DNA of 64,000 nt from contig OZ024747.1 in NCBI GenBank assembly GCA_964016885.1, forward strand, positions 84,258,001 to 84,322,000, in the 5' to 3' direction. The notes under the pieces were generated by a model. The model saw only the letters and a list, made by a program, of their open reading frames with translations, was not told the origin of the DNA and made no database searches. Made by a program: the position numbers and the translations under genes. Shown here one piece after another: positions 12,761 through 26,774 of this stretch (position 1 is its first letter; every line of letters begins with the position of its first letter). The stretch comes from Eledone cirrhosa (Eukaryota).

Positions 12761-13204
12761 CTGATTTATCTGTTCACTACATACTGCCAATCCACCGCTG
12801 TTTGTGCAATTTTTGAGATAATGTCAATTTGGGCTTGAATCGTTGGCTTAACGAAATTAGAAAAGCCTATGAGCAAATATTTGTTTAAATACACAAACAA
12901 CATTTAACTGTATCGTTGCAACATTAGATTAAATAATTGAGCAAAGTTTGCGCAGAATTATTGTTTGTGCAATAATATTTTTTTTTTTCTTTTGTTGTTG
13001 ATTTAAATTCCATATGTCGATTGTTATAGTTGAATTAATAAAAATTAAATATTACATACAAATAGTCTAACATAATAATAAAAAAATAATCTAACATAAT
13101 AATAATAAAATAATCTAACATAAAACAAACAATAATATAGACAAATATACAAGTAAATATGATACAACCAATCTTATATAAAGAAATGTTGTAATTTAAT
13201 ATAT

Positions 13205-13718
13205 AATTGTTTCTACTTTCGGCACGAGGCCAGCAATTACCCAGTGCATTACTGGTACTTTATTTTATCGACCTCGTAACATGATTTGACGTAACTATGC
13301 TGGAAAGCATGGCGTCCGACCCTCTACTGATACTGCCAATCCACCGCCAATATATAATTGTTTCTACGTTAGGCACAAGGCTAGCAATTCACCAGTGCAT
13401 TACTGGTACTTTATTTTATCGACCCCGTAAGGATGAAAGGCAAAGTTAACCTTGGCGGGATTTGAACTCAGAATGGCAAGGGCCATAACTCTATACGTCA
13501 AAGCATGGCGTCCGACCCTCTATTCACCGCCAATATATAATTGTTTCTACTTTAGGCACAAGGCCAGCAATTACTCAGTGCATTACTGGTACTTTATTTT
13601 ATCGACCCCGTAAGGATGAAAGGCAAAGTCAACCTCGGCGGGATTTGAACGTAAAGGGATGTAACTATGCTGGAAAGCATGGCGTCCGACCCTCTACCGA
13701 TACTGCCAATCCACCGCC
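13205..13718 (-). mobile_element. Three head-to-tail family-1 SINE copies
   Basis: Copies 13205-13348, 13356-13531 and 13539-13718 separated by aatatat. Confidence 0.88.
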
Positions 13719-13933
13719 CTCTATAATATATAATAGTTAATAATTACTTTTACAAAACTATATTGACAAACAGACAAGTAATTATTAACTATATCATTAA
13801 TATAAAAGTAAATAAATATGATACAATCAATATTAGAAGATGCATTATAAAGATATGTTGTAAATAAAAAAAGTTTATAATTTATTTAAATATATATATA
13901 TATTTTTTTTCTTCTGTTGTTGATTTAAATTCC

Positions 13934-14316
13934 TTTAGTAGAGAGACAGACAGACAGACAACCTCAGTTTTATATATATATATATATATATACATATCAA
14001 AGATTTTTAAACGCGTGTGACACAAATTTTTACAATGTTTTTAGAAAAATTATTTTTACAAATATTTACAAACAAAGTGCAGTTTGTGTTACAATCGGAA
14101 CTCTGCCTATACTCGATTGCAATATATAAAGAGGAACAAGATACAAAGATATATTTCTTTATTTGGCACAAGGGCGCACAAAAATGGGACATTACAGAAC
14201 ATGACGACGCGGGTTAGCCATGAATACAGTGTGTACTATACTGTACTAGTACAGTACAGCAAGAAAACATTGTGTCTTGGTAATATATAACACAATCGGT
14301 ACAGTATATTGAATAT

Positions 14317-14411
<95 letters not shown>

Positions 14412-15754
14412 TATATATATATATATATATATATACATATATATATACATTCTGTCGAGAGCTTTATTCGATTTGTGATATTTTGCATTCTCGCAATATT
14501 ATACACAACTGAATCATTCGCCTAATATAGGTGTTGCCTCCCTTGCTGAACTCCACGTGGGGTCAGTAATAACCACACTTATGTATAGCATCCTTGTTCA
14601 ATCATCTTACCAGAAGCCCAGCATTCTTTATGTAGGCGGACAGTACCTGATTTTGGAGTCGCAGAAACCAAATTTCCAGGGTCCGGGTAAATTATCAACA
14701 CATATATTTTTATTGTTTGACCCGAATTACTTGGTCGTTTGTTTTGGCTATGCGGATGATCTGTTTAACCATCATCTCAGTGTTTGGCCCTTAATGTATG
14801 TTGTAGCTCTGATTCACATGAATCATCGAGCGCTTGCCACACATATCGGACGTTGATTTTCGTTAATTCCTGAGCTGAAATACGATTCTCGCTAATTTAT
14901 ATTTGTATATATATATACATATATTTTTCTATTTATCCTCCCCCCTCTCTCTCAATACTTATATATATATAGAGAGAGAGAAAAAAGCGGATGCAACAGT
15001 TTTGTTTTATATAAACATATATTCCTGTTTCTTGTAAAGAACATTTAATTTTTGTACTATTGCACGCGAAATAATGCAAAGGTTTAATAGGGAAGGTATA
15101 ACTTACCAATGATTTCGATAACTTTTTGACGCTTTTTAAGTATACAAATGTAGTACAGTGCAAATGAAACTACTAAAGAAATAGAACCAACAATTGGAAT
15201 TCAATTTGAATGGCATCTACTTATAGTGACAGTGTATTACTGGTACTTTATTTTATCGACCCCGTAAGGATGAAAGGCAAAGTTAATACTGACAATAATG
15301 CAAATGTGTAATAGTGAAAATTTGCGCCTTTTCAATAATTTATCGTCTGCTCACGTTGCATTAAAGGGAAATAACTCGTCTCTCAACTGTATTTATACAT
15401 TTTAACTGAAACATCAATATTACATATTCGATTTGAAATTTGTTGACCGATCTCTCCGGTGGAGCTTAATCTATAAGTTTAGATGTGTGGCGACCGTTTT
15501 AGTAGAGAGACAGACAGACAACTTCAGTTTTATATATATATACATATCAAAGATTTTTAAACGCGTGTGACACAAATGTTTACAATGTTTTTAGAAAAAT
15601 TATTTTTACAAATATTTACAAACAAAGTGCAGTTTGTATTACAATCGGAACTCTGCCTATACTCGATTGCAATATATAAAGAGGAACAAGATACAAAGAT
15701 ATATTTCTTTATTTGGCACAAGGGCGCACAAAAATGGGACATTACAGAACATGA
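13934..15754. repeat. Near-identical ~260-bp direct duplication (13934-14204 / 15498-15754)
   Basis: The two copies differ only by a few substitutions and microsatellite length; they give the twin ORFs 14007-14192 and 15557-15742. Confidence 0.92.
15300..15545 (-). mobile_element. Possible non-autonomous Helitron-type 5' end
   Basis: Minus strand reads tatatatataaaactgaagttgtctgtctgtc, the (GTCT)n-containing start seen in many non-autonomous Helitron derivatives; no 3' hairpin/CTAG identified. Confidence 0.35.
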
Positions 15755-16804
15755 ATATACGCTATTTTGAAGTGTTTAAACATTTTTTACAAACAAAAAT
15801 TTAGAATCGTTTTGTACAAACGATAAATTTAAAAATATTTGTACAAACTTTTACGATAGACTTTCATCTTATCTATTGACCGCCTAACCCTAACCCTAAC
15901 GTCAATATATTACATTTGTTTTAAAAATAGTTAATATAAATTTTAAAAAATCATATAAAGACGAAATAACAAAAATAAATGAACTAGGAAAACAAACAAA
16001 AAAACATGGCGGTTGCTTTTGGGCAACACTTATTCTGATTGGTTGAAAATTATCCAATGGCATGTAATCACCACGGCCACGGCCAGACCTTGAAAAAAAA
16101 ATTGACGATCTACACATATGTTAAATAAAATAAATATATAGAACACTAAGTGGCTAAAACATTCTGTTGTTAGTCACTTCGTGTCTAACAGATACACATT
16201 AACATGCATACATTCACATATATACATACACTTATACAGTTATCACATGAATTCTAAATATTTCCATTACCATGTGCTATTCCTTCTCAGATGTCTTTAT
16301 AAAGTTAGTTATAATATATTATATTGAAACTATGAAAATAGTCCAGATAAGCAATCTATTTGCATGGTTAAAGGAAATTCTACATACATAGCAACCAATG
16401 TCTTAGTTGCTAATGAAATTTCCATATGTAACCTTAGGAAAATACTTAAATACAACCTATTCTCTACAACATACATTTCTCGTACAAGTTGGCCAGATAG
16501 TCCCCATAATATCATCAACAATTACTATATACCATTGGTTTCCAGCCAACCATTTTTTCACAATATGAACCCCAAATATTAGAGAGACTTATAAAGAATC
16601 CTTCACACTTAACGTCCTGTACCACATCAAACCGCATTAGCAAAACATTCTTGAAAAGTATCATACAAAGCAGTGAGACTACATCACATTAAAAACTGAA
16701 ATCTTTAGTTTACTACGAATTTTCCCAACAATCTGTTCACTAGTAAAGATACTATAAACATTTAAACTAACAAACCTGTTATTAAATATTTCCTACTAAA
16801 TCAG

Positions 16805-17792
16805 GATGAGTATATGCAAACATGTATATGTGTATGCATGTGTGTATATGTGTACATATGTGTGTGTGGTGAGAACACATGCATGTGACTGTATGTGTGT
16901 GTGTGTGCATGCAGGCATGTCTGTATATGCATGTGTTTGTGTGCGTACGTGTATGTGTATGCATGTCTGTGCAAGCGTGTGTATGTATACATGTCTGTGC
17001 ATGCAAGCATGTGTATGTGTACATATGTCTGTACATGTGTGTGTGTGGTGAGAACGCATGCATGTGAGTGTGTGTGTGGTGTGTGTGCATGTGTCTACCA
17101 TCTGTTCGATTCACTGCAGCTCACACATTTCAAGCAGATTTTAAAGTTTAGCTGGTTCTTGGGGAACTCAAAATATCTACAAAACACACATACACTCCAT
17201 TAGAAAGACTGTCACATTCTTGTATGTATATGTATGAGCATCTATATGTATGATCATGTGTGTATGAGCATCTGTGTGTATGAGCATCTATATGTATGAG
17301 CATGTGTACGTATGAGCATCTGTGTGTATGAGCATCTATATGTATGAACATCTGTGTGTATGAGCATCTATATGTATGAGCATGTGTACGTATGAGCATC
17401 TATATGTATGAACATATGTGTGTATGAGCATCTGTGTGTATGACAGTCGTTAAAATTATTAGCAGGAGGGAGTTGTATATGTGTGTATGTGTGTATGTGT
17501 ATATGTGTGTATGTGCCACATATCTAGGTTGTGTGTGTTGATTAGTCTACCTGTGTTGGCAATCACACCGTGAAATATTTCTTGTTTAATACAGGCTGTT
17601 ACAAAAAAATAAATACATACATCGACATCATTCTAATAAATGTGTGTATACATATTTGGGGGACACTCTGTAGTTGTTGGTTGGTTGGGAGACTGTTGAA
17701 TGCCTCTCACGCTTTGCTTTGACATTTCCATGTAGTCTAAGTATATCACATAACTGCTCTTACACAAATATTCACACACACATATTATATAT

Positions 17793-17841
<49 letters not shown>

Positions 17842-17855
17842 TATTATATATACAT

Positions 17856-17906
<51 letters not shown>

Positions 17907-17909
17907 TAT

Positions 17910-17975
<66 letters not shown>

Positions 17976-17987
17976 TATTATATACAT

Positions 17988-18034
<47 letters not shown>

Positions 18035-18300
18035 AATTTAAGGTATGAAAACATATGTATGATAGATGTGATTCTCAGTAGATGGCTCTCTCTCTATATA
18101 TATATATACATATATCTCTAAATTTGAAATATATATATATATATATATATTCTACACACACACACACATATATATAGATATACATACATATGTGCATACA
18201 TATACATATATACATACATATACTCATATACATATATTCATATGTATATATACATACATATATTCATATCTATATATCTATATATACACATATGTGTATA
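16805..18300. repeat. TG/CA/TA microsatellite field including a 16-bp tatgagcatctatatg array (about 17230-17440)
   Basis: Visible low-complexity repeats. Confidence 0.9.
17592..17670. mobile_element. About 80-bp Tc1/mariner-type MITE
   Basis: TA|cagg.tgt...ggacactctg|TA; related copies at about 36059-36160, 43572-43650 and 57342-57423. Confidence 0.65.
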
Positions 18301-18526
18301 TAATAATAATAATAATAATAATGAAATTATTGCGTACAGTGCTCAGGTGCACTACAACTCATCAAAGGTGCATGTATAGTACATAGAATAATGTTCAAAT
18401 GTCAGGAAAATTAACAGTGTATGAGTCATCAAATACCTGTGTACGTGTGTATGGAGGGGGGACATCAGGTGTAGTGTTGGCGAATCACAGGGAGCCTGGA
18501 GGTTTTAAAGAATGCAGTGTCTCGAC

Positions 18527-18530
<4 letters not shown>
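18300..18530 (-). mobile_element. CR1 3' end
   Basis: Reverse-complement match to 46230-46435, including the (TAA)n/(TTA)n tail. Confidence 0.85.
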
Positions 18531-18608
<78 letters not shown>

Positions 18609-18668
18609 TTTTTATAAATATATAAATATATATATATATTTTTTTTTTTTCCAACGGAAATTTCAATA

Positions 18669-18706
<38 letters not shown>

Positions 18707-19069
18707 TAAAAATAATTCTATAAGTTGATAAAACAACAGTAAGGTATTCATATATTTATTTAAATCTCAAATGTGTTTTATTCAATATCCAGAATAGTGA
18801 GAGGTATTTCAGAGGTAAATCCAGTTGGTATACTTTTGGTCATCTTAGATTTAAATCACAAAGAAATAGGTCACCAAGTTCAACAGTTAATACATTATTT
18901 ATTTGATCTATACGTGTTTCTTTCCCTGTGGATATTACTCACAATATCCTTAGATATATAATTGATCCTGACTATTTCTTTATAACATATTAAAAACTGT
19001 TTAATTACCAACCAATGTGTTCCTTAACTGCATGCTTCAGCCGTAAATTGTAAACCAAATATCAGCATT

Positions 19070-19650
19070 TTACATCATTTGTTCCACACTTGCGTGGGTT
19101 GAACAGGTCCTTTTCTGCACAACATCTCCCCTCTTGTCATGTTCCTTTGTCATCTCCTCTGTTAGCTTCTGTTATTTGAGATCAGCTTCCTCGGTTTTCT
19201 TCTACTGCAGATTCCCTCCACTGGGATTACTTGGCACTTCTTCACCCAGCAATCATCATCAATGCACATCACATGTCCATACACTCACAGTCTCCTCGCC
19301 TGCAATCATCCTAACAACACTTAATAGGTGATCTTTCACCATCACTGCTCACACCACTTTCACATTTTATTCATTTCTGACAAGATTGGCTTTCCAGAAA
19401 GAGGTTCATCTTCAACATTTTCTTGGCCATCTTTAAAAGCTTAGAAACCTTATTTTTCGATAGAGTGCTATCCACTTTGTGAGTCTCAATGATTTGAGGT
19501 CAGCTCTCACCACCTCTGCCCAGGTCTTTCTTGGTCTACTTCCACTGCAGCTTCCTTCCACTGGGATTTCCTGGCACTTCTTCACCTAGCGATCATCATC
19601 CATGAGCATCAGATGTCCATACCAACGCAGTCTTCTCTCCTGCACACCAC
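19070..19650 (-). mobile_element. Two RTE 3'-end fragments flanking a mariner fragment (about 19360-19480)
   Basis: LRWYGHLMLMDDDR.VKKCQEIPVEG-type RTE C-terminus; AFKDGQENVEDEPLSGKP mariner linker. Confidence 0.7.
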
Positions 19651-20177
19651 CTTCTATTTAATTATAATTCTGAGTGATTTGAGAGAGATTTGGTTGCTAT
19701 TTCTATCAGTTGGAGTAACCATATAGAACTTTTCTCATTAACACATCCTATCAGAAATACTGTGAAGAGAACCAATACTTCCTCTGTTCCATCCTTCTTT
19801 CTAGATTAAATGAGAATCAAATAACAGAAAATAATCAAGAATTTGGAGTAATTTAGTAATACAGCCAACTTTCTCATTATTAATTGTGTTTGAAAACTAT
19901 CTTAATAAAAATTATTGCATAAAATTATAACAGATTTTTAGATAAAAAATGAGTGGCTGCTGCAGGCTAATTCTGATTGAATATTTTTAACCAGTTTAAA
20001 ATAGGACAGAAGCCATACTAAAAATAACAGTCAATCAGAAGGGATCAAATATAAACCAACAGAAACACACACTGGGAACACAGTGAGTGTGTTTATATGC
20101 CATCAAAGATATGCTGCCTTACTGAGGTAATGAAAATACTAGCGAGCTGAACTGAGAAACATATTAAATTAAAACAC

Positions 20178-20406
20178 TTGACCCTCTAGCATTCAAACCG
20201 GCCGTATCCGGCCAGAAATGTCTCACCTGTTTCTGTTCAATTCGGCTATAACTAGCCACTCAAACTGGTGTTAAGGTATTGTTCTCAAGATAAATAACAT
20301 CAAAATCTCATAGATTCGATATTATGTGAGATAATTATGTAAGATAAAGTGTTTACTACCAAAATACAATAATATATATAGAGTAATGTGAATGCTAAAG
20401 GGTTAA
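20178..20406 (+). mobile_element. TTAA MITE (ccctttagcatt TIR family)
   Basis: Homologous to 9949-10163; terminal aatgctaaagggttaa. Confidence 0.8.
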
Positions 20407-21340
20407 AATACCTTGGAATAATTTGTGTAAAAGATAAGACATTTAACTTTTAAAAAATTATGACAAAAACATGACAAATGAAACAAAGATGGCGGTTTGT
20501 TTTTTTTCAGCTGCTGCATGTAGCAGGTGACAAAGAACCACGATGATTGAATAATTATGAGACCTGACCAACACATCGGCATAAGAAAGAGGATGTAAAA
20601 TGATAAGAAAAACTGGCGAATAGGCAGAGAGATAGATATACATGCACACACACACACATAGGTGCACTCAGGTACACACATACACACACACACCCAGGTA
20701 CACTCAGGTACACACATACAGGTGCACTCAGGTACACATACACACACACATACTTACACGCACACACATAGGTGCACTCAGGTACACATATATACATACA
20801 TTAAGGTTCACTCAGGTACACACCAACACACACATACATAGGTGCACTCAGGTACACATACACTTACACACATACTTACACACACACACATAGGTGAACT
20901 CAGGCACATACACTTACACACACACAGCTGCACTCAGGCACACATATACATATACACAGGCACACATACATTTACACACACATACAAAGTCACACACACT
21001 GGCAGACCACACAGAGATATACTACATACTATATATGTCACTTTCAATAAAAAGCAGGCAATATATGTTCAGGTATAAAGTCAGTCTAGAGGCCGTGAGG
21101 AACGGTAAAACATAGAAAGTATTGAGAGATTTCATTGCAACATACCTACAATCCTTCTGCCACTTATGTTGCCCATTAAAGCAAGTTTGAGTGAAGGAAT
21201 TCAATATAGATTAGATAAAACAGCACCTAATTAGTCTTCACATTAAAGAAGAGATTTCAACCTTTCAGCTATGGACTGGCTGGAAGTCTTTACTTCAAGA
21301 ATGAAATCCTGTTTCAGCCCACCTAAATAATTTTACTTGT

Positions 21341-21379
<39 letters not shown>

Positions 21380-21559
21380 TTAATACAAGATGTTGATGTT
21401 TATCATATTTATTGGAAGCTGATAGCCACTATCTATATCCAGTTTAGAATAGGAACATCATATCCCAGTATGTTGTAAAAGGCAACTAATAGGGTTGGTA
21501 CTAGGAAAGGCATCTAACTGTAAAACATTGCATCAAAAGAAGACCTCATTCCAGTCATG

Positions 21560-22260
21560 GAATCCACAAGGTTAATCCCTGCTTTAACAGGGAATATGAC
21601 TAAAATGTTTGTTGCTTGCATTGGAAGCTGGAAACTTCACTGATCTCTGAGTTTCACATTTCCTCTGTTCTACCCCTGAAAGTAAACTGCTTTCTTCCCA
21701 CACATTCGCTTCTTCAACAACTTCTCATAATAACATTTCCATGCTTCTGCCTTCTTAGTGTCAGACAGGACAATTGTACTACTATCATTCCATACATACT
21801 TTTCCCTACTGATTTGTATTACAATCTGGAACTCCTCACACTTCTGATCCTCTCATCACAGAATATTGGCAAACCTCTCACTTTCAGCTTCTTTTGTTAC
21901 TATATATATATATTCCTGATGATTTCTCCCAAATGAAACAGTTCTAGTTCTGTAGAAGCCATTTTTATATTAAATATTTATACTCTGTTTTGTATTGAGT
22001 ACCTTACTTACTGTGGTTACCTCCGATTGAATCCGGGACAAACTTATATATACTTGACATCTAGTTTCTCATCTAGCTAGCTGATATTGTTCCTTGTTTC
22101 TTCATGTCTTCCAATTTTTCCAAACCTGGCTTTTAACTTTTATGACACTATCTGCTCTACCATTTCACCATCATGTCACCTTGCACCATCCACAGATCTA
22201 TTCTGTTGCTCACAGGTATATATTATATACAGGTATATATTATATAGACATTCAAACTGT
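21560..22260 (-). mobile_element. Highly decayed RTE ORF fragment
   Basis: NDSSTIVLSDTKKAEAWKCYYEKLL matches NDDGVLAITDADKKIAWKCHYERLL of the copy at 53285. Confidence 0.65.
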
Positions 22261-22719
22261 GAAATACTTATGATACAAGGCGCTGATCTGAGAGGTGTAG
22301 TTTAAAACCTGAAACATTATCAACATCATCATGATCAAAAGAAATAAAAAGGCCTGCCACAAAATATAGTTTAGTGTGGAGAAAGAACACCCAGAACACC
22401 CACAAGTACACAGGTGTGGTATTTATCAAGATTTATTGTTTATACTGGCAATGTTCCATTGTCCTGAAAATATTGGAGGGGCCTTGTCTACCTGCTCCAC
22501 AAAAACACATTGATTCTCTCCCTAGAAACAGCTGTAAAAGCTCTTCAAACATAAACTATAATACTTACTATTTACAGAAATTCAACTAATTTTTTTTTTC
22601 TAAGAGCTACTGTTGAGTAAATAATTATTAGGACCACATCAACAACAACAAAAGCAATAATAATGACAAATGAAACTATCCTCCACCCCAGTGGATCTAA
22701 GACCACCTTGCCTAACATG

Positions 22720-23735
22720 TATACATATTGAATGCTTGTGGTTACACTCTGGAACATCTTTTTTTTTTTTTACAAGAGAGGTCATCTGAAGGCTGCATCG
22801 GTGACATCTCTGAGCACTTTCCAAGAAGTCTCAATGTCATCAGAAATTTGGACAAGGTCAAGCGATGTCAAGTTTTGCAGACAGTTCCAGCCTCTCATCA
22901 GTGGATCTAAAAGCACTCACATCAACCTTGGGTGAGATAGGGGGATTTTGAACACACCTTTTGTGGGAGAAGATTGAATGAAACCTTACTGTGCAGCAGT
23001 GTGTGATGCAAGAGATAGCAAGAAAAGTAAAAAGAGCAAGTGTTTTGAAATCTTTTGGTTCATGCCTGTGTGTGATGACATAGCTAATCATGTGCGAATC
23101 CTTGTCGTATGGTTTGTAGGTCGTTGAAAAAAGCTATTAGTCATGCTAAAATCAAATTCCTTGCAGAGTGAAAGCAGCATAAGCCCATTTGAGTTTATAT
23201 CTCTGAGTCCACTAAACCAAATAATATCATGCCATGTTTGATGGTCATTTCCAACTTTAGCATTGAAATTTCCCATTATGATGAGCTTGTTCTTATACGA
23301 AACAGTGGAGACCATGGTGTGAAGCTGATTGTAAAATGTTGTGATATCCTGCTCAGATGAATAAAGAGTTGGAGTGTAACAACTCATTAGTGTAACAGAG
23401 ATGTTGTTTGCTAGATCCAGAGAAAGAATCATGATACAATCACTGACACCTTTGGGGGACTGATGTTAGGGATTTAGAAATGTCAGATCTTATAACAAAA
23501 CTAACACTTGACTTGACAGTGGTTCCCTTCACTTCTTCCAGACCAGAAGATTTTGTACCCTTCTCTCACTTCTTCCATTTGGGATGTACCAGGGAATCAG
23601 GTTTCACTTATTGCACAGATATTGATGTTATATCTGTTAAGTGCACTACAGATGAGGACTGATCTTCACTCCAGACTTGAAATACTACCAGAGTGTTTTC
23701 ACATTCCAGGAACCAAAATTTAAGTTTAAATTCTT
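22720..23735 (-). mobile_element. Decayed RTE AP-endonuclease region
   Basis: NFGSWNV start, SCYTPT, FYNQL, IIMGNFNAKVG, NSNGLMLL..C..MTNSFF motifs. Confidence 0.85.
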
Positions 23736-23779
23736 TGTTTTATTTCAACCACCATATCCAACATGGGGCAAGGGAAGGG

Positions 23780-25100
23780 CATCCTTACCATCACTTCCAC
23801 CACTAAAATAACTATCACCACCACCACCACCACCATCATGATGAGATGGAGGCATCCCTACTACCACTTCTACCACCACTAAAATAACTATCTCCACAAC
23901 CACCACCATCATGATGAGATGGAGGCATCCCTACTACCACTTCTACCACCACTAAAATAACTATCTCCACAACCACCACCACTACCATATCATCCCTATC
24001 ATTGATATCACAAGAAACATCAGTCATCACCACCATTACCACAACTACAAACATCACTAAACCCACTAGAGTGAGAGAATCATAATAAACCCCTACATGT
24101 ACCACCATCATCATTACTACCAGTACCACAATGACAATCACCACCAATACCAACAGTATAACACCATCACCACTACAAACACCAGCATCACCATTACAGC
24201 TGGTACCACCATTGCCCCAACTATTGTTAGTATCATAGCAAAATATCCTACCTGTGCCACCATTAGCACCACCAACTCCCACCACCAGCGCATCATCTCC
24301 ACCAACACCAACAACAGCACCACCACTATCACCACCACCTACAGCACCAACAACAACAACACCAGCAGGGCACCACCAACTACACCAGCAACAGCTCCAC
24401 CAGAGCACCACTACCACCAACACCACCAACAACAACGCCTCAACACCACCACTATCAACACCACCTACACCACCAACTACACCAGCAACAGCTCCACCAG
24501 AGCACCACTACCACCAACACCACCAACAACAACATCCCCAACACCACCACTATCAGCACCAACAACAACAACACCAGCAACAGCTCCACCAGAGCACCAC
24601 TACCACCAACACCACCAACAACAACATCCCCAACACCACCACTATCAGCACCAACAACAACAACACCAGCAACAGCTCCACCAGAGCACCACTACCACCA
24701 ACACCACCAACAACAACATCCCCAACACCACCACTATCAACACCAACAACAACAACACCAGCAACAGCTCCACCAGAGCACCACTACCACCAACACCAAC
24801 AACAACAACAACATCCCCAACACCACCACTATCAGCACCAACAACAACAACAACACCAGCAACAGCTCCACCAGAGCACCACTATCACCAACACCAACAA
24901 CAACAACAACATCCCCAACACCACCACTATCAACACCAACAACAACAACACCAGCAACAGCTCCACCAGAGCACCACTACCACCAACACCAACAACAACA
25001 ACATCCCCAACACCACCACTATCACCACCACCACCACCGACAACAACAGCATCCCCTACACTACCAGAACACCACCATCACTGCCTTCACCATAGATTCC
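23780..25100. repeat. CAC/CAA-rich repeats: about 72-bp triplication and a 92-98 bp minisatellite (7 copies, 24382-25030)
   Basis: acaccagcaacagctccaccagagcaccacta recurs at 24382, 24479, 24571, 24663, 24755, 24853 and 24948. Confidence 0.9.
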
Positions 25101-25295
25101 CCCAGCCTATCCCCACCCAGCCAAACCATGCAACTATTACACACAAGAAGAAGAGACTCCCCTCACCCTACCTAACCAACCAGAGATAGATAACACAGTT
25201 TATTACAGACAACTACCCCAGTTATCAACAGAAATTATTTCTATGTACAAAAACTGACAAAAACATCAAGAAACATTAATAAGAAAAAATAAATA

Positions 25296-25368
<73 letters not shown>

Positions 25369-26774
25369 GCACCCTACATAGAATGACACAAGTTGCAAAA
25401 ACATTACCTATATATATATATATATAAATATATGTAATGTTTTTGTAGGGGTGATGGCAGTGATGGCTGAAGTGATGGTAGTGATGATTGTAGTGGGGGT
25501 GGCTGTAGTAGTAGTGATGATTGTAGTGGGGGTGGCTGTAGTAGTAGTGATGGTAGTGATGATTGTAGTGGAGGTGGCTGTAGTAGTAGTGATGGCGGTG
25601 GTTGTATCATCATCATTATGAGTTCATATCACACTGAGGTTAGCTTTGCCTTTCATCCATACAGGGTCGATAAAATAAAGTACCAGTAATGCACTGGGGA
25701 CGATTTAATCGGCTTTACCATCCTTTTCAAATTGGTGGGGTTGTCTTGGAAGCAGGGTACCTGCTTAACGACCTCAGGTCACTAAACATAGATGTGGTGG
25801 CCATCACTGAGCTCAGAATTTCCAAAGCACGAGCCTTCACACTGATGGTGGCTAAGAGGTATACACATCTCTATTTCCTATTGAGGAACCTCCTTTGTTT
25901 TAATTTTATTGATATCTTCGTTTTTTTTAACATTGTTAAAATTTGTTTACATACAAAACCCACACACAAACACCCACACACACACCAACACACATACACA
26001 CACTATGTTTTCATCCTGTGTTGTCCAGTCGAATATGGTGACCCCAGTAGTGACAGGTACTTTATTCTATTAACATTCTGGTCTTGTGTTTCAGATAGAA
26101 ACCATTATCAACAGAACTGTGTTGCTGTCTCTTCAAACCCCTATCCAGACTTATAGAACTTAACTTAGGGCTGGAATCTAATAAAACACTCATTAGTGTT
26201 ATTGTTTGTTTGTGTGATTATCATTGTTTTTCATACCGGCATGGGTTGGATGTGTTATCATGAACTGAGTCAGTATTCAGAGCAAATATCTTCCCAGATT
26301 GGTCAACACCTAAGTCTCCTATTTTTGGCATGGTTTCTATGGCTGGATGTGCTTCCTAAAACTAACTGCTTTACAGAGTGTACTGGGTGTGTTTTATCAT
26401 GGTACTAACTAACACTAGAGAAGTTGTCAAGTCATCAGCATGACTTTTTAATCAATGTTGTCTTTGTTCATTTGCCAACCACTTTACAGAATGTACTGAG
26501 TGCACCAACACTAGAGAGATTGTCATGTCTTCAGAAATACTTGAGGCTGTCTCTGAAAGTGGGTAACATGTACAGATTATTTTTATTGTTATGAACAGAA
26601 TTGTTAGAACGTCAAACAAATACTTTGCAGGTCAACTTTGAATTTCATCTTTCCAAGGACAATAAAATATAGAACCTGTCAGCCGGTTTCATACTGTCAA
26701 TGTAATCAACTTTCCCTTCCCACACAAAATGATGATCTTGTGCTTAAATTAGAAATCATTATCATCATTATCAA

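Noticed and set aside
16250-19020. L1/Tx1-like remnants at about 16250-16800 and 18770-19020
   Set aside because: Only faint hints such as PLTILDIE with many stops; not supportable without a search.
843-21115. Many Y/I/V/C/H/T-rich ORFs
   Set aside because: Translations of TA, TG and CA microsatellites.
23836-25189. Mucin-like or His/Gln-rich proteins of 199-332 aa
   Set aside because: Stops are absent because the strand is almost only C and A; unit lengths are not multiples of three and no convincing splice sites were seen.
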